The notes: generated by a model from the letters alone, not told the origin. A stretch of 64,000 bases of DNA from an uncultured Thermoleophilia bacterium (GCA_963794375.1 CAWCDL010000010.1:891996-955995); one strand, 5' to 3'; positions 29,618 through 38,449 are shown, counted from the first letter of the stretch. Numbers and translations: made by a program.

Positions 29618-30240
29618 GAGTGGCGGTGCTCGGCGGCACCGGGAGCTTCGGCCGGGCGCTCGCAGCGCGGCTGCAGGCGCTCGGCGGGTACGACGTCGTG
29701 ATCGGCTCGCGCGATCCGGAGCGCGCCCGCGAAGCAGCGGCCGAGCTCGGCGTGATCGCCGGCGCGGGCAACGACGAGGCGGTGCGCGGCGCCGACCTTG
29801 CGATCCTCGCCGTGAAGGCCGACGGTGCGCTCGCGACGGCGGAGGCGGTCTCCGCGGCGCTCGGGCGAACGCCGCTCCTCAGCGTCGCGACCGCGATCGA
29901 GTTCCGGAAGGGCCTCGGCATGCTTCCCGACCCGGATGCCCGCAGCCTCGCAGAGCGGGTCCAGGACGTCGTCGACGCCCCCGTCGTCGCCGGGCTTCAC
30001 TCGATCGCTGCGTCGAATCTCGGCGAAGGCGCCGCCGACGAGGATGCGCTCGTCTGCGGGGACGATCCGGAGGCGAAGGAGCTCGTGCTCGAGCTCGCGG
30101 GTCGGCTCGTCGCCGGGCGCGCCGTCGATGCAGGCCCGCTTGCGAGTGCACGCGCGCTCGAAGGCCTCACCGCGGTGATCGTGAACGTGAACCGGCGCTA
30201 CAAGGCACACGCGGGCATCCGCGTCACCGGCGTCGGATGA
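29614..30240 (+). CDS. npdG: NADPH-dependent F420 reductase (F420:NADP oxidoreductase)
   Basis: ATGA overlap. MRVAVLGGTGSFGRALAARL, DLAILAV, VCGDDPEAK. Confidence 0.8.
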   Translation: MRVAVLGGTGSFGRALAARLQALGGYDVVIGSRDPERAREAAAELGVIAGAGNDEAVRGADLAILAVKADGALATAEAVSAALGRTPLLSVATAIEFRKGLGMLPDPDARSLAERVQDVVDAPVVAGLHSIAASNLGEGAADEDALVCGDDPEAKELVLELAGRLVAGRAVDAGPLASARALEGLTAVIVNVNRRYKAHAGIRVTGVG

Positions 30241-30962
30241 TCTCGCTCCTGCCGGTCCGGGGCCTGCCGGAGATCGCCGAGGGCGCCGACCTCGCGGCGA
30301 TGATCGTCGAGCGGATCGAGCTCGACGAGCGCGACGTGGTCGTCGTCGCCCAGAAGGCGGTCTCGAAGGTCGAGGGCCGCATCCTGCGGATCGACAGCCT
30401 CGAGGCCTCGCCGAAGGCGATCGAGCTGGCCGGCGACGAGCGGGACCCGCGCGAGGTCGAGGCCGTCCTGCGGGAGGCGAAGCGGATCGTCCGCGAGCGC
30501 GGCCCGCTCGTGATCGCCGAGACGCGGCACGGCTTTGTGTGCGCGTCCGCAGGGGTCGACCACTCGAACGCGCCCGAGCCCGGGACGCTCGTGCTGCTCC
30601 CCCTCGATCCCGACGCCAGTGCCCGCGCGCTGCGCGCGCGGCTTGCCGAGCTGACCGGGCTCGAGCTCGGCGTCGTCGTCACCGACTCGTTCGGCCGGCC
30701 GTTTCGGAAGGGCACCACCGACGTGGCGATCGGCGTCGCAGGCATCCCGGCGTTCCTCGACCTCGTCGGCACGGTCGACCGGGCCGGCCACGAGCTGCGC
30801 GCGACGTGGATCGCGGTCGCGGACGAGATCGCCGCCGCGGCCGATCTGGCCCGCAGCAAGGCGGACGGCGTGCCCGTTGTGGTCGTCCGGGGCCTGCGGC
30901 TCGAGGGCGACGGCAGCGCCTCCGAGCTCGTGATCGAGCCCGAGCTCGACCTGTTTTCCTGA
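30237..30962 (+). CDS. cofE: Coenzyme F420-0:L-glutamate ligase, single-domain form
   Basis: ATGA overlap. VVVAQKAVSKVEGR, HGFVCASAGVDHSN, VTDSFGRPFRKGTTDVAIG. The protein is 241 aa with no C-terminal nitroreductase-like domain. Confidence 0.85.
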   Translation: MISLLPVRGLPEIAEGADLAAMIVERIELDERDVVVVAQKAVSKVEGRILRIDSLEASPKAIELAGDERDPREVEAVLREAKRIVRERGPLVIAETRHGFVCASAGVDHSNAPEPGTLVLLPLDPDASARALRARLAELTGLELGVVVTDSFGRPFRKGTTDVAIGVAGIPAFLDLVGTVDRAGHELRATWIAVADEIAAAADLARSKADGVPVVVVRGLRLEGDGSASELVIEPELDLFS

Positions 30963-30972
30963 TCGAAACCAG

Positions 30973-31111
30973 TACGGCTTCTTAACGGTTTCCTTACCGG
31001 TTCGGGGCATGACCACAGCCGGGGCCGCTACCGTCCCGCGGTCGCTGCCGGGTGATCCGCCCAGACACCCCGGCCGGTGCGACAGCTGCGGAACTCCCTT
31101 TCGACCGTATG
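30973..31111 (+). promoter_or_regulatory. Candidate structured 5' leader (possible ydaO/c-di-AMP-type riboswitch) upstream of the Rpf-like gene
   Basis: The intergenic region is 180 nt. GUACGG (30973) can pair with CCGUAU (31106). Internal GGGGCAUGACCA, GGGUGAUCC and GCGACAGCUGCGGAACUCC loosely resemble conserved ydaO blocks. The downstream gene class is a typical target in Actinobacteria. This was not verified with a covariance model. Confidence 0.25.
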
Positions 31112-31141
31112 CAGATCCGGGCCCAAGGAGGACAACTCTTC

Positions 31142-31942
31142 GTGCGCAAACTCGTCGTGGTCAGCCTGGCAGGGCTCGTGATGTTGGCGGCGCTCGCTCT
31201 CAGCGGTGCGGCCCCCGCCTCCGCCCGTCGAGCCGTCCGTCCCGCCGGGTCGAGCGTCGCCGAGCTGCGGGCGGAGGCCGACCACTACCGCTTGCTGACG
31301 TGGGTCTACCAGCGGGCGGCCAGCGCTCCGCGCACCCCGACGTCGTTCTCGTACCGCCACAGCGGCAGCCGCACGTACCTGCGCTGGACGATCGCGGTCT
31401 GGACCCGCCGGTCGTATCGGGCGCACGTCCGGGCACTCGTGCGCATCCGCCGGCGCGCCCGGATCGGGCTCCCCAGGGTCGCGCCACCGCATGCCTCGCT
31501 CGTCCGCCGGCTCCGTTCCGAGCGTCTGCTGGCCGAGCGCCTCGAGCAGATCTTCCCGGGCCGCGCACGGCCGCCCGTCCGCGTTGCGCAGGCAGGCGGC
31601 GTGGCGGCCGCCCTCGGGAGCTGGGAGACCCGCGAGGCGAAGGCCGCGCTCGCGGTCGCCGCGCATCTCCAGCCGGAGCTCCCCTCGACGCTCGTCCGGG
31701 CGTTCTCCTGTATCCACTCCTACGAGGGCTCCTGGTCGGCGAACACCGGGAACGGCTACTACGGGGGGCTGCAGATGGACGTCGGTTTCCAGCGGCTCTA
31801 CGGCCGCACCTACCTCCGGCGCTGGGGAACGGCCGACAACTGGCCGGTCTGGGCCCAGTTGGACGCCGCCGTGCGGGCCTATCGCTCGGGCCGCGGCTTC
31901 TGGCCGTGGCCCAACTCGGCCCGCATCTGCGGGCTGCTGTAA
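31142..31942 (+). CDS. Secreted protein with a C-terminal Rpf-type transglycosylase-like domain
   Basis: GTG 31142 has AAGGAGG 9 nt upstream. Signal peptide RKLVVVSLAGLVMLAALALSGAAPASA. The C-terminus reads CIHSYEGSWSANTGNGYYGGLQMD...WPVWAQLDAAVRAY...WPNSARICGLL. Confidence 0.7.
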   Translation: MRKLVVVSLAGLVMLAALALSGAAPASARRAVRPAGSSVAELRAEADHYRLLTWVYQRAASAPRTPTSFSYRHSGSRTYLRWTIAVWTRRSYRAHVRALVRIRRRARIGLPRVAPPHASLVRRLRSERLLAERLEQIFPGRARPPVRVAQAGGVAAALGSWETREAKAALAVAAHLQPELPSTLVRAFSCIHSYEGSWSANTGNGYYGGLQMDVGFQRLYGRTYLRRWGTADNWPVWAQLDAAVRAYRSGRGFWPWPNSARICGLL

Positions 31943-32005
31943 AGCCCCCCTTTTTCCTACCTCATTTCCCGCGTCCGGGCCTCAAGCGGGCCTGCTTCCG
32001 CGCCG

Positions 32006-35000
32006 ATGAGCAGGCCTATGGGCATAGACGTTGCCCTCGCATGGACTGACGAGCCCGACCTGAACGGCGCCGGCGGCGTCCCCGTACGCCCCGAGGTGCT
32101 GGCCGAGTCGTACCGGCGGCTCGCCGAGGTGTTCCACGTCGTTCTCTCCGAGCAGAGCCTCGATGCCGTGCTGGAGCGGATCGCCTCGACGCTCTCGGAC
32201 CTGATGCCGTTCGAGGCGCTCCATGTCTACGAGGCCGACGAGCGGCGCCGCGAGCTCGTGCCGGTGCTCGCCTCCTCGCAAGCCTACGAAGAGGAGATCA
32301 TGCGCGACCGGCCACGCTTCGGCGAGGGCCTGACCGGCTGGGCGGTCGTGCACCGCCGGCCCGTCTGCGCGAACCAGGCGCATCTCGACCCGCGCTCCTC
32401 CGTCGTCCCCGGCACGCCCGTCGAGCCGGAGGCGATGATCGTCATCCCGCTGATCGCCCGAGGCACGCTGAAGGGCGCGCTCAACATCTACCGCATCGGC
32501 GAGGACGCGTCCTTCGCCGAGCACGAGTTCGAGCTCGCGAAGTGGTTCGGCGACGCAGCCGCGCTCGCGCTCGACAACGCCCACGTGCGCGCGCGCCTCG
32601 AGCATCTCGCGCAGACGGACTCGCTGACCGGGCTCTACAACCACCGCTACTTCCACGAGCGGCTGCGCGCAGAGCTGACGCGCGCGTCGCGCGTCGAGGA
32701 TCACGTCTCGATCATCATGTTCGACCTCGACGACTTCAAGCGCGTCAACGACGTGTACGGGCACGGCGCCGGCGATCACGTCCTCGTGCAGGTCGCGCGC
32801 CTGGCGGCCGACACGGTGCGCGCCTCCGACACCGTCTGCCGGATCGGGGGCGAGGAGTTCGGCGTCGTGATGCCGTCGTGCGACGCGGAGGCCGCCGTCG
32901 GGCTCGCCGCGCGCCTGATCGAGGAGCTGAACAAGCTGGAGATCGAGCCGGCCGGCCGAGTGACGCTGTCGCTCGGCGTGGCCCAGGGGCCGCTGCACGC
33001 GTCGAACCCACGTGAGCTCGTTGCCTGCGCGGAGGCGGCGATGATGACCGCCAAGGCACGCGGCAAGAATCAGGTCTTCGTCTTCGAGGACGAGGCGACC
33101 GAGCGGCCGATGCCGGTGCCGACGACGGGACGCGACGCGCGCTCGATCGCGCATCTGAAGATGCTGCAGTCGCTCGCGGGGAAGCTCAACCGCCTCAACG
33201 ACGTGCGGCAGATCGGCGAGACGATCGCCGCGGAGCTGCGTCAGCTGATCGATTACCACAACTGCCGCGTCGTGCTGCGCGACGGCGACGATCTCCGGCC
33301 GATCGCCTTCTTCGACGACGACGGGCGCAGCGTCGGCGCGGCAGCGGACGCGTACACGATTCCGGTCGGCGAGGGCATCACCGGACATGTCGCGGCAATG
33401 GGCGAGTCGTTGCTCGTGCCGAACGCGCTCGAGTGCGAGTTCGCACGGCAGGTCGCCGGGACTGTGCCGATCGCGGAGTCCCTTGCCGCAGTGCCGCTGC
33501 GCAACGGCTCTCGCGTCACCGGCGTGATCGTGATCTCGAAGCTCGGCGTCGACCAGTTCGACGACGACGACGTGCGGCTCCTCGAGGTGCTTGCGGGTCA
33601 GGCGTCGGTGGCCCTCGAGAATGCCCGCCTGTACGAGCGCGAGCGCCGCGAGGCGGAGCGCGCGAAGGCGTTGCTGGGCCTCGCCGAGCGGCTCTCGCGC
33701 GCCGAGTCGGTCGACGAGATCTGCGCCGAGGCGGTCGCCACCGCACACGTCCTCTTCGACGCCGAGGAGGTGACGCTGTGGCTCGGAGCCCGCCCGGCCG
33801 CGTCCACCGGCAAGCCGGTCGCCGGGGGCGTCACCGTCACGCTCGGCGAGGGCAGCGACGTCGACGGGCTGCTGGTTCTCGGTCGCGACGCGCTCGATGA
33901 AGACCGCAGGCCGACGCTCGCCGCGTTCGCCTACCAGGTCTCGGCCGCGCTGCAGAAGGCGCTTCTCTATGCCCGGCAGCGCGAGGCGGCCGAGATTGCG
34001 AGCTCGCTGCTCGAGGCCGGCCGCGAGCTCGCGACGGCGGAGTCGCCCGACGAGGTACTGCGGCGGAGCGTCGAGGTGACTGCCCGCGTGCTCGGCACGA
34101 CCCGAGCCTCGCTGTGGATCCAGGAGGAGAACGAGGTGGGCGACGTCGTGCCGCGGGCGTCCGTCGGCTACGACCTGCGCGACGACCCGGTCGGCCGGAT
34201 CCGCTTCCCGGCGCAGTCGGCGCGCGAGTGGCTTGCCGTCGAGCAGCCGTTCGTGCTCGAGCCGCGCGCCTTCGAGCTGCCGGACGGGTCGACGCTCGAG
34301 ATCCCGCGGGCGGTGATCGCGCCCGTACGCCTCGAGGGGAACAGGGTTGCGGCCATCGCGGCCGCGGTCGGCGACCTCGTCGTCGAGGAGCGGCAGCTTC
34401 GCCTCCTGGCCGGGCTCGCCCATCAGGCGAAGCTCGCGATCGAGGGGGCGGAGAACTACGAGGGCCTCGAGCGCACATTCGTGTCGACGGTTGCCGCGCT
34501 CGCGAACGCCCTCGAGGCGAACGACGAGTACACCTCGTCGCACGCCCGCTGGATCACCGACGTGTCCCTGCTCGTCGGGAACGAGCTTCGGCTCGATCGC
34601 GACGCGATGAAGCGCCTCGAGCTCGGCGCGCTCTTCCACGACATCGGCAAGATCGGGATCCCCTCACAGATCCTGCAGAAGCCGGGACCGCTGACCGACG
34701 AGGAGTTCGCGATCGTCAAGGAGCATCCCGAGCTCGGCGAGCGGATCCTCGCCCCGATCGAGCGGCTCGCCGACGTGCGCCCGATCGTGCGCGCCTGTCA
34801 CGAGCGCTGGGACGGCCTCGGCTACCCGGACGGGCGGGTGGGCGAGGAGATCCCGATCGAGGCCCGCATCGTGCTCGTCTGCGACGCGTTCCACGCCATG
34901 ACGACCGACCGCCCCTACCGCAGCAGGCTCGCATCCGACGAAGCGATTCGGCGGCTCGCCGAGGCGTCGGGCACCCAGTTCGACCCGACGGTCGTCGAGG

Positions 35001-35047
35001 CCTTCGTGCGTCTGTACGCCACGGACGCGCTGCCGCCGCTCGACTGA
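32006..35047 (+). CDS. Multidomain c-di-GMP turnover protein: GAF-GGDEF-GAF-GAF-GAF-HD-GYP
   Basis: DSLTGLYNHRYF...RASDTVCRIGGEEFGVVMP (GGEEF with an RxxD I-site). Several GAF-like blocks. The C-terminus reads HDIGKIGIP...HERWDGLGYPDG (HD-GYP). Confidence 0.9.
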   Translation: MSRPMGIDVALAWTDEPDLNGAGGVPVRPEVLAESYRRLAEVFHVVLSEQSLDAVLERIASTLSDLMPFEALHVYEADERRRELVPVLASSQAYEEEIMRDRPRFGEGLTGWAVVHRRPVCANQAHLDPRSSVVPGTPVEPEAMIVIPLIARGTLKGALNIYRIGEDASFAEHEFELAKWFGDAAALALDNAHVRARLEHLAQTDSLTGLYNHRYFHERLRAELTRASRVEDHVSIIMFDLDDFKRVNDVYGHGAGDHVLVQVARLAADTVRASDTVCRIGGEEFGVVMPSCDAEAAVGLAARLIEELNKLEIEPAGRVTLSLGVAQGPLHASNPRELVACAEAAMMTAKARGKNQVFVFEDEATERPMPVPTTGRDARSIAHLKMLQSLAGKLNRLNDVRQIGETIAAELRQLIDYHNCRVVLRDGDDLRPIAFFDDDGRSVGAAADAYTIPVGEGITGHVAAMGESLLVPNALECEFARQVAGTVPIAESLAAVPLRNGSRVTGVIVISKLGVDQFDDDDVRLLEVLAGQASVALENARLYERERREAERAKALLGLAERLSRAESVDEICAEAVATAHVLFDAEEVTLWLGARPAASTGKPVAGGVTVTLGEGSDVDGLLVLGRDALDEDRRPTLAAFAYQVSAALQKALLYARQREAAEIASSLLEAGRELATAESPDEVLRRSVEVTARVLGTTRASLWIQEENEVGDVVPRASVGYDLRDDPVGRIRFPAQSAREWLAVEQPFVLEPRAFELPDGSTLEIPRAVIAPVRLEGNRVAAIAAAVGDLVVEERQLRLLAGLAHQAKLAIEGAENYEGLERTFVSTVAALANALEANDEYTSSHARWITDVSLLVGNELRLDRDAMKRLELGALFHDIGKIGIPSQILQKPGPLTDEEFAIVKEHPELGERILAPIERLADVRPIVRACHERWDGLGYPDGRVGEEIPIEARIVLVCDAFHAMTTDRPYRSRLASDEAIRRLAEASGTQFDPTVVEAFVRLYATDALPPLD

Positions 35048-35086
35048 GGGTGCGGGTCGGGAATGCGCCGGAGGTGTGCGTCGTGC

Positions 35087-35092
35087 TAGCCT
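35087..35092 (+). promoter_or_regulatory. Candidate -10 box TAGCCT immediately upstream of the lacI-family operator and start
   Basis: A TANNNT hexamer, followed directly by the operator at 35093-35106. Confidence 0.35.
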
Positions 35093-35106
35093 TGCAACCG
35101 GTTGCA
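35093..35106. promoter_or_regulatory. LacI-family operator, perfect 14-bp palindrome TGCAACCGGTTGCA (overlaps the regulator's ATG)
   Basis: It matches the TGnAAnCGnTTnCA LacI/CcpA-type consensus. An identical copy lies at 36149-36162. Confidence 0.6.
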
Positions 35107-36119
35107 TGGCTGTCCGGGTCCACACGATCGCCGACATCGCCGCGCTCGCGGGCGTGTCCAAATCGACTGTCTCGCGGGCGCTCAACGACAGCCCGCTGAT
35201 CGGTGCGGAGACGAAGGAGCGGATCCATGCGATCGCGCGCGAGCACGACTTCCAGCTGAACGTGCCCGCGCAGCGCCTCAGCCTGCGGCAGAGCAACGTG
35301 GTCGGCCTCCCGATGTTCGACTGGGGGAAGGGGGCGAAGGCGATGGACCTCTTCATGCTCGAGATCATGGGAGGCATCTCGAGCGGCCTGCACGAGCAGG
35401 GCTACGACCTGCTCGTCCTGCAGGTTCCGATCGACGATCTCGAGTGGTCTCGGCGCACGCTCGAGAGCGGCCGCGCCGACGGCTTCGTCATCCTCTCCGC
35501 GTCGTGCTCGCCCGAGCAGCTCGACGCGCTCGTGGAGGCGGACGTTCCCTTCGTGCTCTGGGGGGCGGCCTCGCCCGAGCACACGTATTGCTCGGTGACG
35601 GGTGACAGCCTGACGGGCGGCCGCCTCGCGACGGAGCACCTGCTTGCTGCGGGGAGACGCCGGATCGCGCTCGTCGGCGGGCCTGGTTGGTCGTGGGAGA
35701 TCCACGACCGACGTCGCGGCTACGAGTCGGCGCTCACCGATGCCGGCCTCGAGCTCGACCCCGCGCTGGTCGTCCACACCCAATGGTCGGAAGCCGAGAA
35801 GTCGGCGGCGGCCGCGGTCTCCGAGCTGCTGCGGCACGAACCGGCCCTCGACGGCGTGGTCGCGAACAGCGACTTCTTCGCCCTCGGCGCGATCGAGGCG
35901 CTGCGGGAGCACGGCCGGCGCGTCCCCGAGGACGTCGCCGTCGTCGGCTACGACGACGTCTCGGTCGCGGCGTTCAGCAACCCGCCGCTGACGACGATCC
36001 GCCAGGACGGCCCGCTCGCCGGGCGGCTGCTCGCCCGCGGCCTCGTGCAGTACCTGCAGACGGGTGCGGTCTCGAGCGCGACGATCCCGGCCCAGCTCGT
36101 CGTGAGGCGGTCGGCATGA
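35106..36119 (+). CDS. LacI-family transcriptional regulator
   Basis: HTIADIAALAGVSKSTVSRALND (HTH) plus a periplasmic-binding-protein-like sugar-binding core. ATG 35106 is preferred over 35076. Confidence 0.85.
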   Translation: MAVRVHTIADIAALAGVSKSTVSRALNDSPLIGAETKERIHAIAREHDFQLNVPAQRLSLRQSNVVGLPMFDWGKGAKAMDLFMLEIMGGISSGLHEQGYDLLVLQVPIDDLEWSRRTLESGRADGFVILSASCSPEQLDALVEADVPFVLWGAASPEHTYCSVTGDSLTGGRLATEHLLAAGRRRIALVGGPGWSWEIHDRRRGYESALTDAGLELDPALVVHTQWSEAEKSAAAAVSELLRHEPALDGVVANSDFFALGAIEALREHGRRVPEDVAVVGYDDVSVAAFSNPPLTTIRQDGPLAGRLLARGLVQYLQTGAVSSATIPAQLVVRRSA

Positions 36120-36147
36120 GGGCCGGGGCGCAGTGTCGCGCCTGCAC

Positions 36148-36163
36148 GTGCAACCGGTTGCAC
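36148..36163. promoter_or_regulatory. Second LacI-family operator, 16-bp perfect palindrome GTGCAACCGGTTGCAC
   Basis: The core is identical to 35093-35106. It lies 29 nt after the lacI stop and 27 nt before a strong SD + ATG at 36190. Confidence 0.6.
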
Positions 36164-36189
36164 CACGTGTCGGACGAAGGGAGGCGACG

Positions 36190-36384
36190 ATGTACCGGCC
36201 GGTGATCCTGCTCGAGCCGAGGCCCGAGCCGCCGCGCGTCTACGACAACCCGCCCGTTGTCGGGCGGCCGCGGCCGCTCGCGGCGCTCATCGGAGCGGGT
36301 CTTCGAGCCGTCGCAGCGAGCAGACCCGCTCGAAGCCGAGCCGGGTCAGGATCGGATACGAGGTGTCAGGCATCGCCTCGGTGA
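36190..36384 (+). CDS. Orphan Pro-rich small ORF (64 codons), possibly a gene remnant
   Basis: GGGAGG lies 6 nt upstream of the ATG. The first roughly 33 codons have G/C-rich third positions. This bias is lost where the ORF overlaps the convergent GNAT gene by 98 nt. Confidence 0.25.
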   Translation: MYRPVILLEPRPEPPRVYDNPPVVGRPRPLAALIGAGLRAVAASRPARSRAGSGSDTRCQASPR

Positions 36385-36994
36385 CGAGCGCCGGCGTGCC
36401 GTGGTCGACCGCGTCGAGCCAGCGCGCCTGGACGAGGGCGCGGTAGACGCCGCGGCCGCGCGCCCACGGCGCGACCGCTCCGGCGATCAGGAAGACGCCG
36501 AGCTCGGAGTAGACCGACCGGCCCGAGCCGGCGGGCCTGCCGTCGAGTGTCGCGAGGAACGTCGCCGGCACGCCTGCGTGCCGGGCCGCCTCGAACTCGC
36601 CCGGCAGATGCAGACGCTGCGCCTCGCGGCGGTCGGCGGGCGTCTCGAAAGCGTCCCAGGCGATCTCGGTGGCGGCGAGGAAGTCGTCGAGGCTCTCGAC
36701 CCGGTGGACCTCGACGTCGGGCGCTGCCGCCGGTGCCGTCGTACAGGCGAGGGAGTAGAGCAGACCGGCGCGGTCGGCGGGCTCGCGGAGCCCGAGCGCG
36801 AGGAGGCGGTCGTGGAGGTCAACGGGCCGGGCGTCCGGGTCGATCCACCAGACGGTCGCCTTGCCGGGCGGGATCAGCGAGCGCGTCTCGGCGACGAGCG
36901 CCTCCAATGCTTCCGCCTCGACGCGCACACCCGAGACGCCCGCCCAGACCGACCCCTGCACGATGCAAACTCGCTCGTCGGCGAATCGCGTCAC
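36287..36994 (-). CDS. GNAT-family N-acetyltransferase
   Basis: The C-terminal block APWARGRGVYRALVQARWLDAVDHGTPALVTEA resembles GNAT motif A. 235 aa. Confidence 0.7.
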   Translation of the reverse strand: MTRFADERVCIVQGSVWAGVSGVRVEAEALEALVAETRSLIPPGKATVWWIDPDARPVDLHDRLLALGLREPADRAGLLYSLACTTAPAAAPDVEVHRVESLDDFLAATEIAWDAFETPADRREAQRLHLPGEFEAARHAGVPATFLATLDGRPAGSGRSVYSELGVFLIAGAVAPWARGRGVYRALVQARWLDAVDHGTPALVTEAMPDTSYPILTRLGFERVCSLRRLEDPLR

Positions 36995-37056
36995 GTCCGC
37001 CGGCAGCCGCGTGTGCCGGTCGGGGACGGTCGCGAACCGTCGGAGCTCCGCGTCGA

Positions 37057-38409
37057 TCAGGTGACGAACTCGTCCGCGACCGAGAGTGCGTCGTCCAGCA
37101 CGGCGAGGCCTTCCTCGAGCTCGTCGCGCGTGATGGTCAGCGGCGGGCAGACCATGACGACGTTCCAGTGGGTCATCAGGTAGAGCCCGCGGTCGAGCGC
37201 GCGCTTCGAGAGCGCGGCGACGGGCTTGGCCGCCTCGCCGGCACCGTTGAACGGGACGAGCGGCTCACGGGTTTCGCGGCTCTTGACCAGCTCGAGCCCC
37301 CAGAAGCAGCCGAGGCCGCGCACGTCGCCGACCGACGGGTGCCTCGCCGCGAGGTCGGCGAGACCGCTTGCGAAGAGCTCGCCCATCGCGGCCGCGTTCT
37401 CGACGATGCCCTCCTCCTGGAAGGCCTCGATCGAGGCGACCCCGGAGGCGCAGGCGAGCGGGTGCCCGCTGTAGGTGAGCCCACCGGCGAAGGGCTTGTC
37501 GCGCACCCAGTCGGCGATTGGCTCGCGCACGACCATCGCTCCGAGCGGGACGTAGCCGGAGTTGATGCCCTTGGCGACGGTGAGGATGTCCGGCACGACG
37601 CCCCAGTTGTCGACGCCGAACCACTTGCCGGTCCGGCCGAAGCCGGCCATCACCTCGTCGCAGATCAGGACGATGCCGTGGCGGTCGCAGACCTCGCGGA
37701 TCGACTGCAGATAGCCGTCCGGCGGCACGATGATCCCGTTCGTGCCGGTGACCGTCTCCAGGATCACCGCGGCGACGGTGTGCGCACCCTCGTACTGCAG
37801 GATCTCCTCGAGATGCGGCGCGCCGGTGCAGACCGGGCAGGGGTCGGGATGACCGGCGGGGCAGCGGTAGGTGTACGGGTCGAACATGCGCACGACGCCG
37901 GGAATGCCCGGCTCCGCGGGCCAGCGGCGCGGGTCGCCGGTAAGCGTGATCGAGCCCGCGGTCGCGCCGTGGTAGGAGCGGTAGCGCGCGATCACCTTGT
38001 GACGGCCCGTGTACCAGCGCGCGAGCTTGATCGCATTCTCGTTCGCCTCTGCGCCGCCGTTCGTGAAGAACGACATGCAGAGATCGCCGGGCGTCACCTC
38101 GGCGAGCAGCTTCCCGAGCCGCGAGCGCGACGCGGTCGCCATCGGCGGCCCGATCGTCGCCAGCGTCTCGGCCTGATCCTTGATCGCCTGCACGATCTTC
38201 GGGTGCGAGTGCCCGATCGAGACGTTCACGAGCTGCGAGGCGAAGTCGAGGTACGCCTTGCCGTCGTAATCGTAGAAGTGCCGGCCCTCTGCGCGCTCGA
38301 CAGCGATCGGGTTGATCGCGTTCTGGACGCTCCACGAGTAGAGGACGTACTGCTTCGCGTCCTCGACGATCTGCCTGCCCAGCTCGGCGTTCGTCTCGGT
38401 CGTCGCCAT
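37057..38409 (-). CDS. Class III (omega) aminotransferase, beta-alanine/taurine:pyruvate type
   Basis: FTNGGAEANENAIKLAR, ICDEVMAGFGRTGKWFG, DILTVAKGINSGYVPLG (PLP lysine). 450 aa. Confidence 0.9.
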   Translation of the reverse strand: MATTETNAELGRQIVEDAKQYVLYSWSVQNAINPIAVERAEGRHFYDYDGKAYLDFASQLVNVSIGHSHPKIVQAIKDQAETLATIGPPMATASRSRLGKLLAEVTPGDLCMSFFTNGGAEANENAIKLARWYTGRHKVIARYRSYHGATAGSITLTGDPRRWPAEPGIPGVVRMFDPYTYRCPAGHPDPCPVCTGAPHLEEILQYEGAHTVAAVILETVTGTNGIIVPPDGYLQSIREVCDRHGIVLICDEVMAGFGRTGKWFGVDNWGVVPDILTVAKGINSGYVPLGAMVVREPIADWVRDKPFAGGLTYSGHPLACASGVASIEAFQEEGIVENAAAMGELFASGLADLAARHPSVGDVRGLGCFWGLELVKSRETREPLVPFNGAGEAAKPVAALSKRALDRGLYLMTHWNVVMVCPPLTITRDELEEGLAVLDDALSVADEFVT

Positions 38410-38437
38410 GGCTCGATCCTAGCGGCGACCCGCGGGT

Positions 38438-38443
38438 TAGGCT
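38438..38443 (+). promoter_or_regulatory. Candidate -10 box TAGGCT, 6 nt upstream of the GTG start (leaderless geometry)
   Basis: TANNNT, no SD. The geometry is the same as at 62403, 44433 and 46758. Confidence 0.4.
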
Positions 38444-38449
38444 CGCACG

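Noticed and set aside
36133-36189. The longer version of the small ORF, starting at 36133 (MSRLHVQPVAPRVG...).
   Set aside because: That start lies inside and upstream of the LacI operator palindrome and has no SD. The strong SD precedes ATG 36190, so only the shorter form is listed, and it has low confidence.
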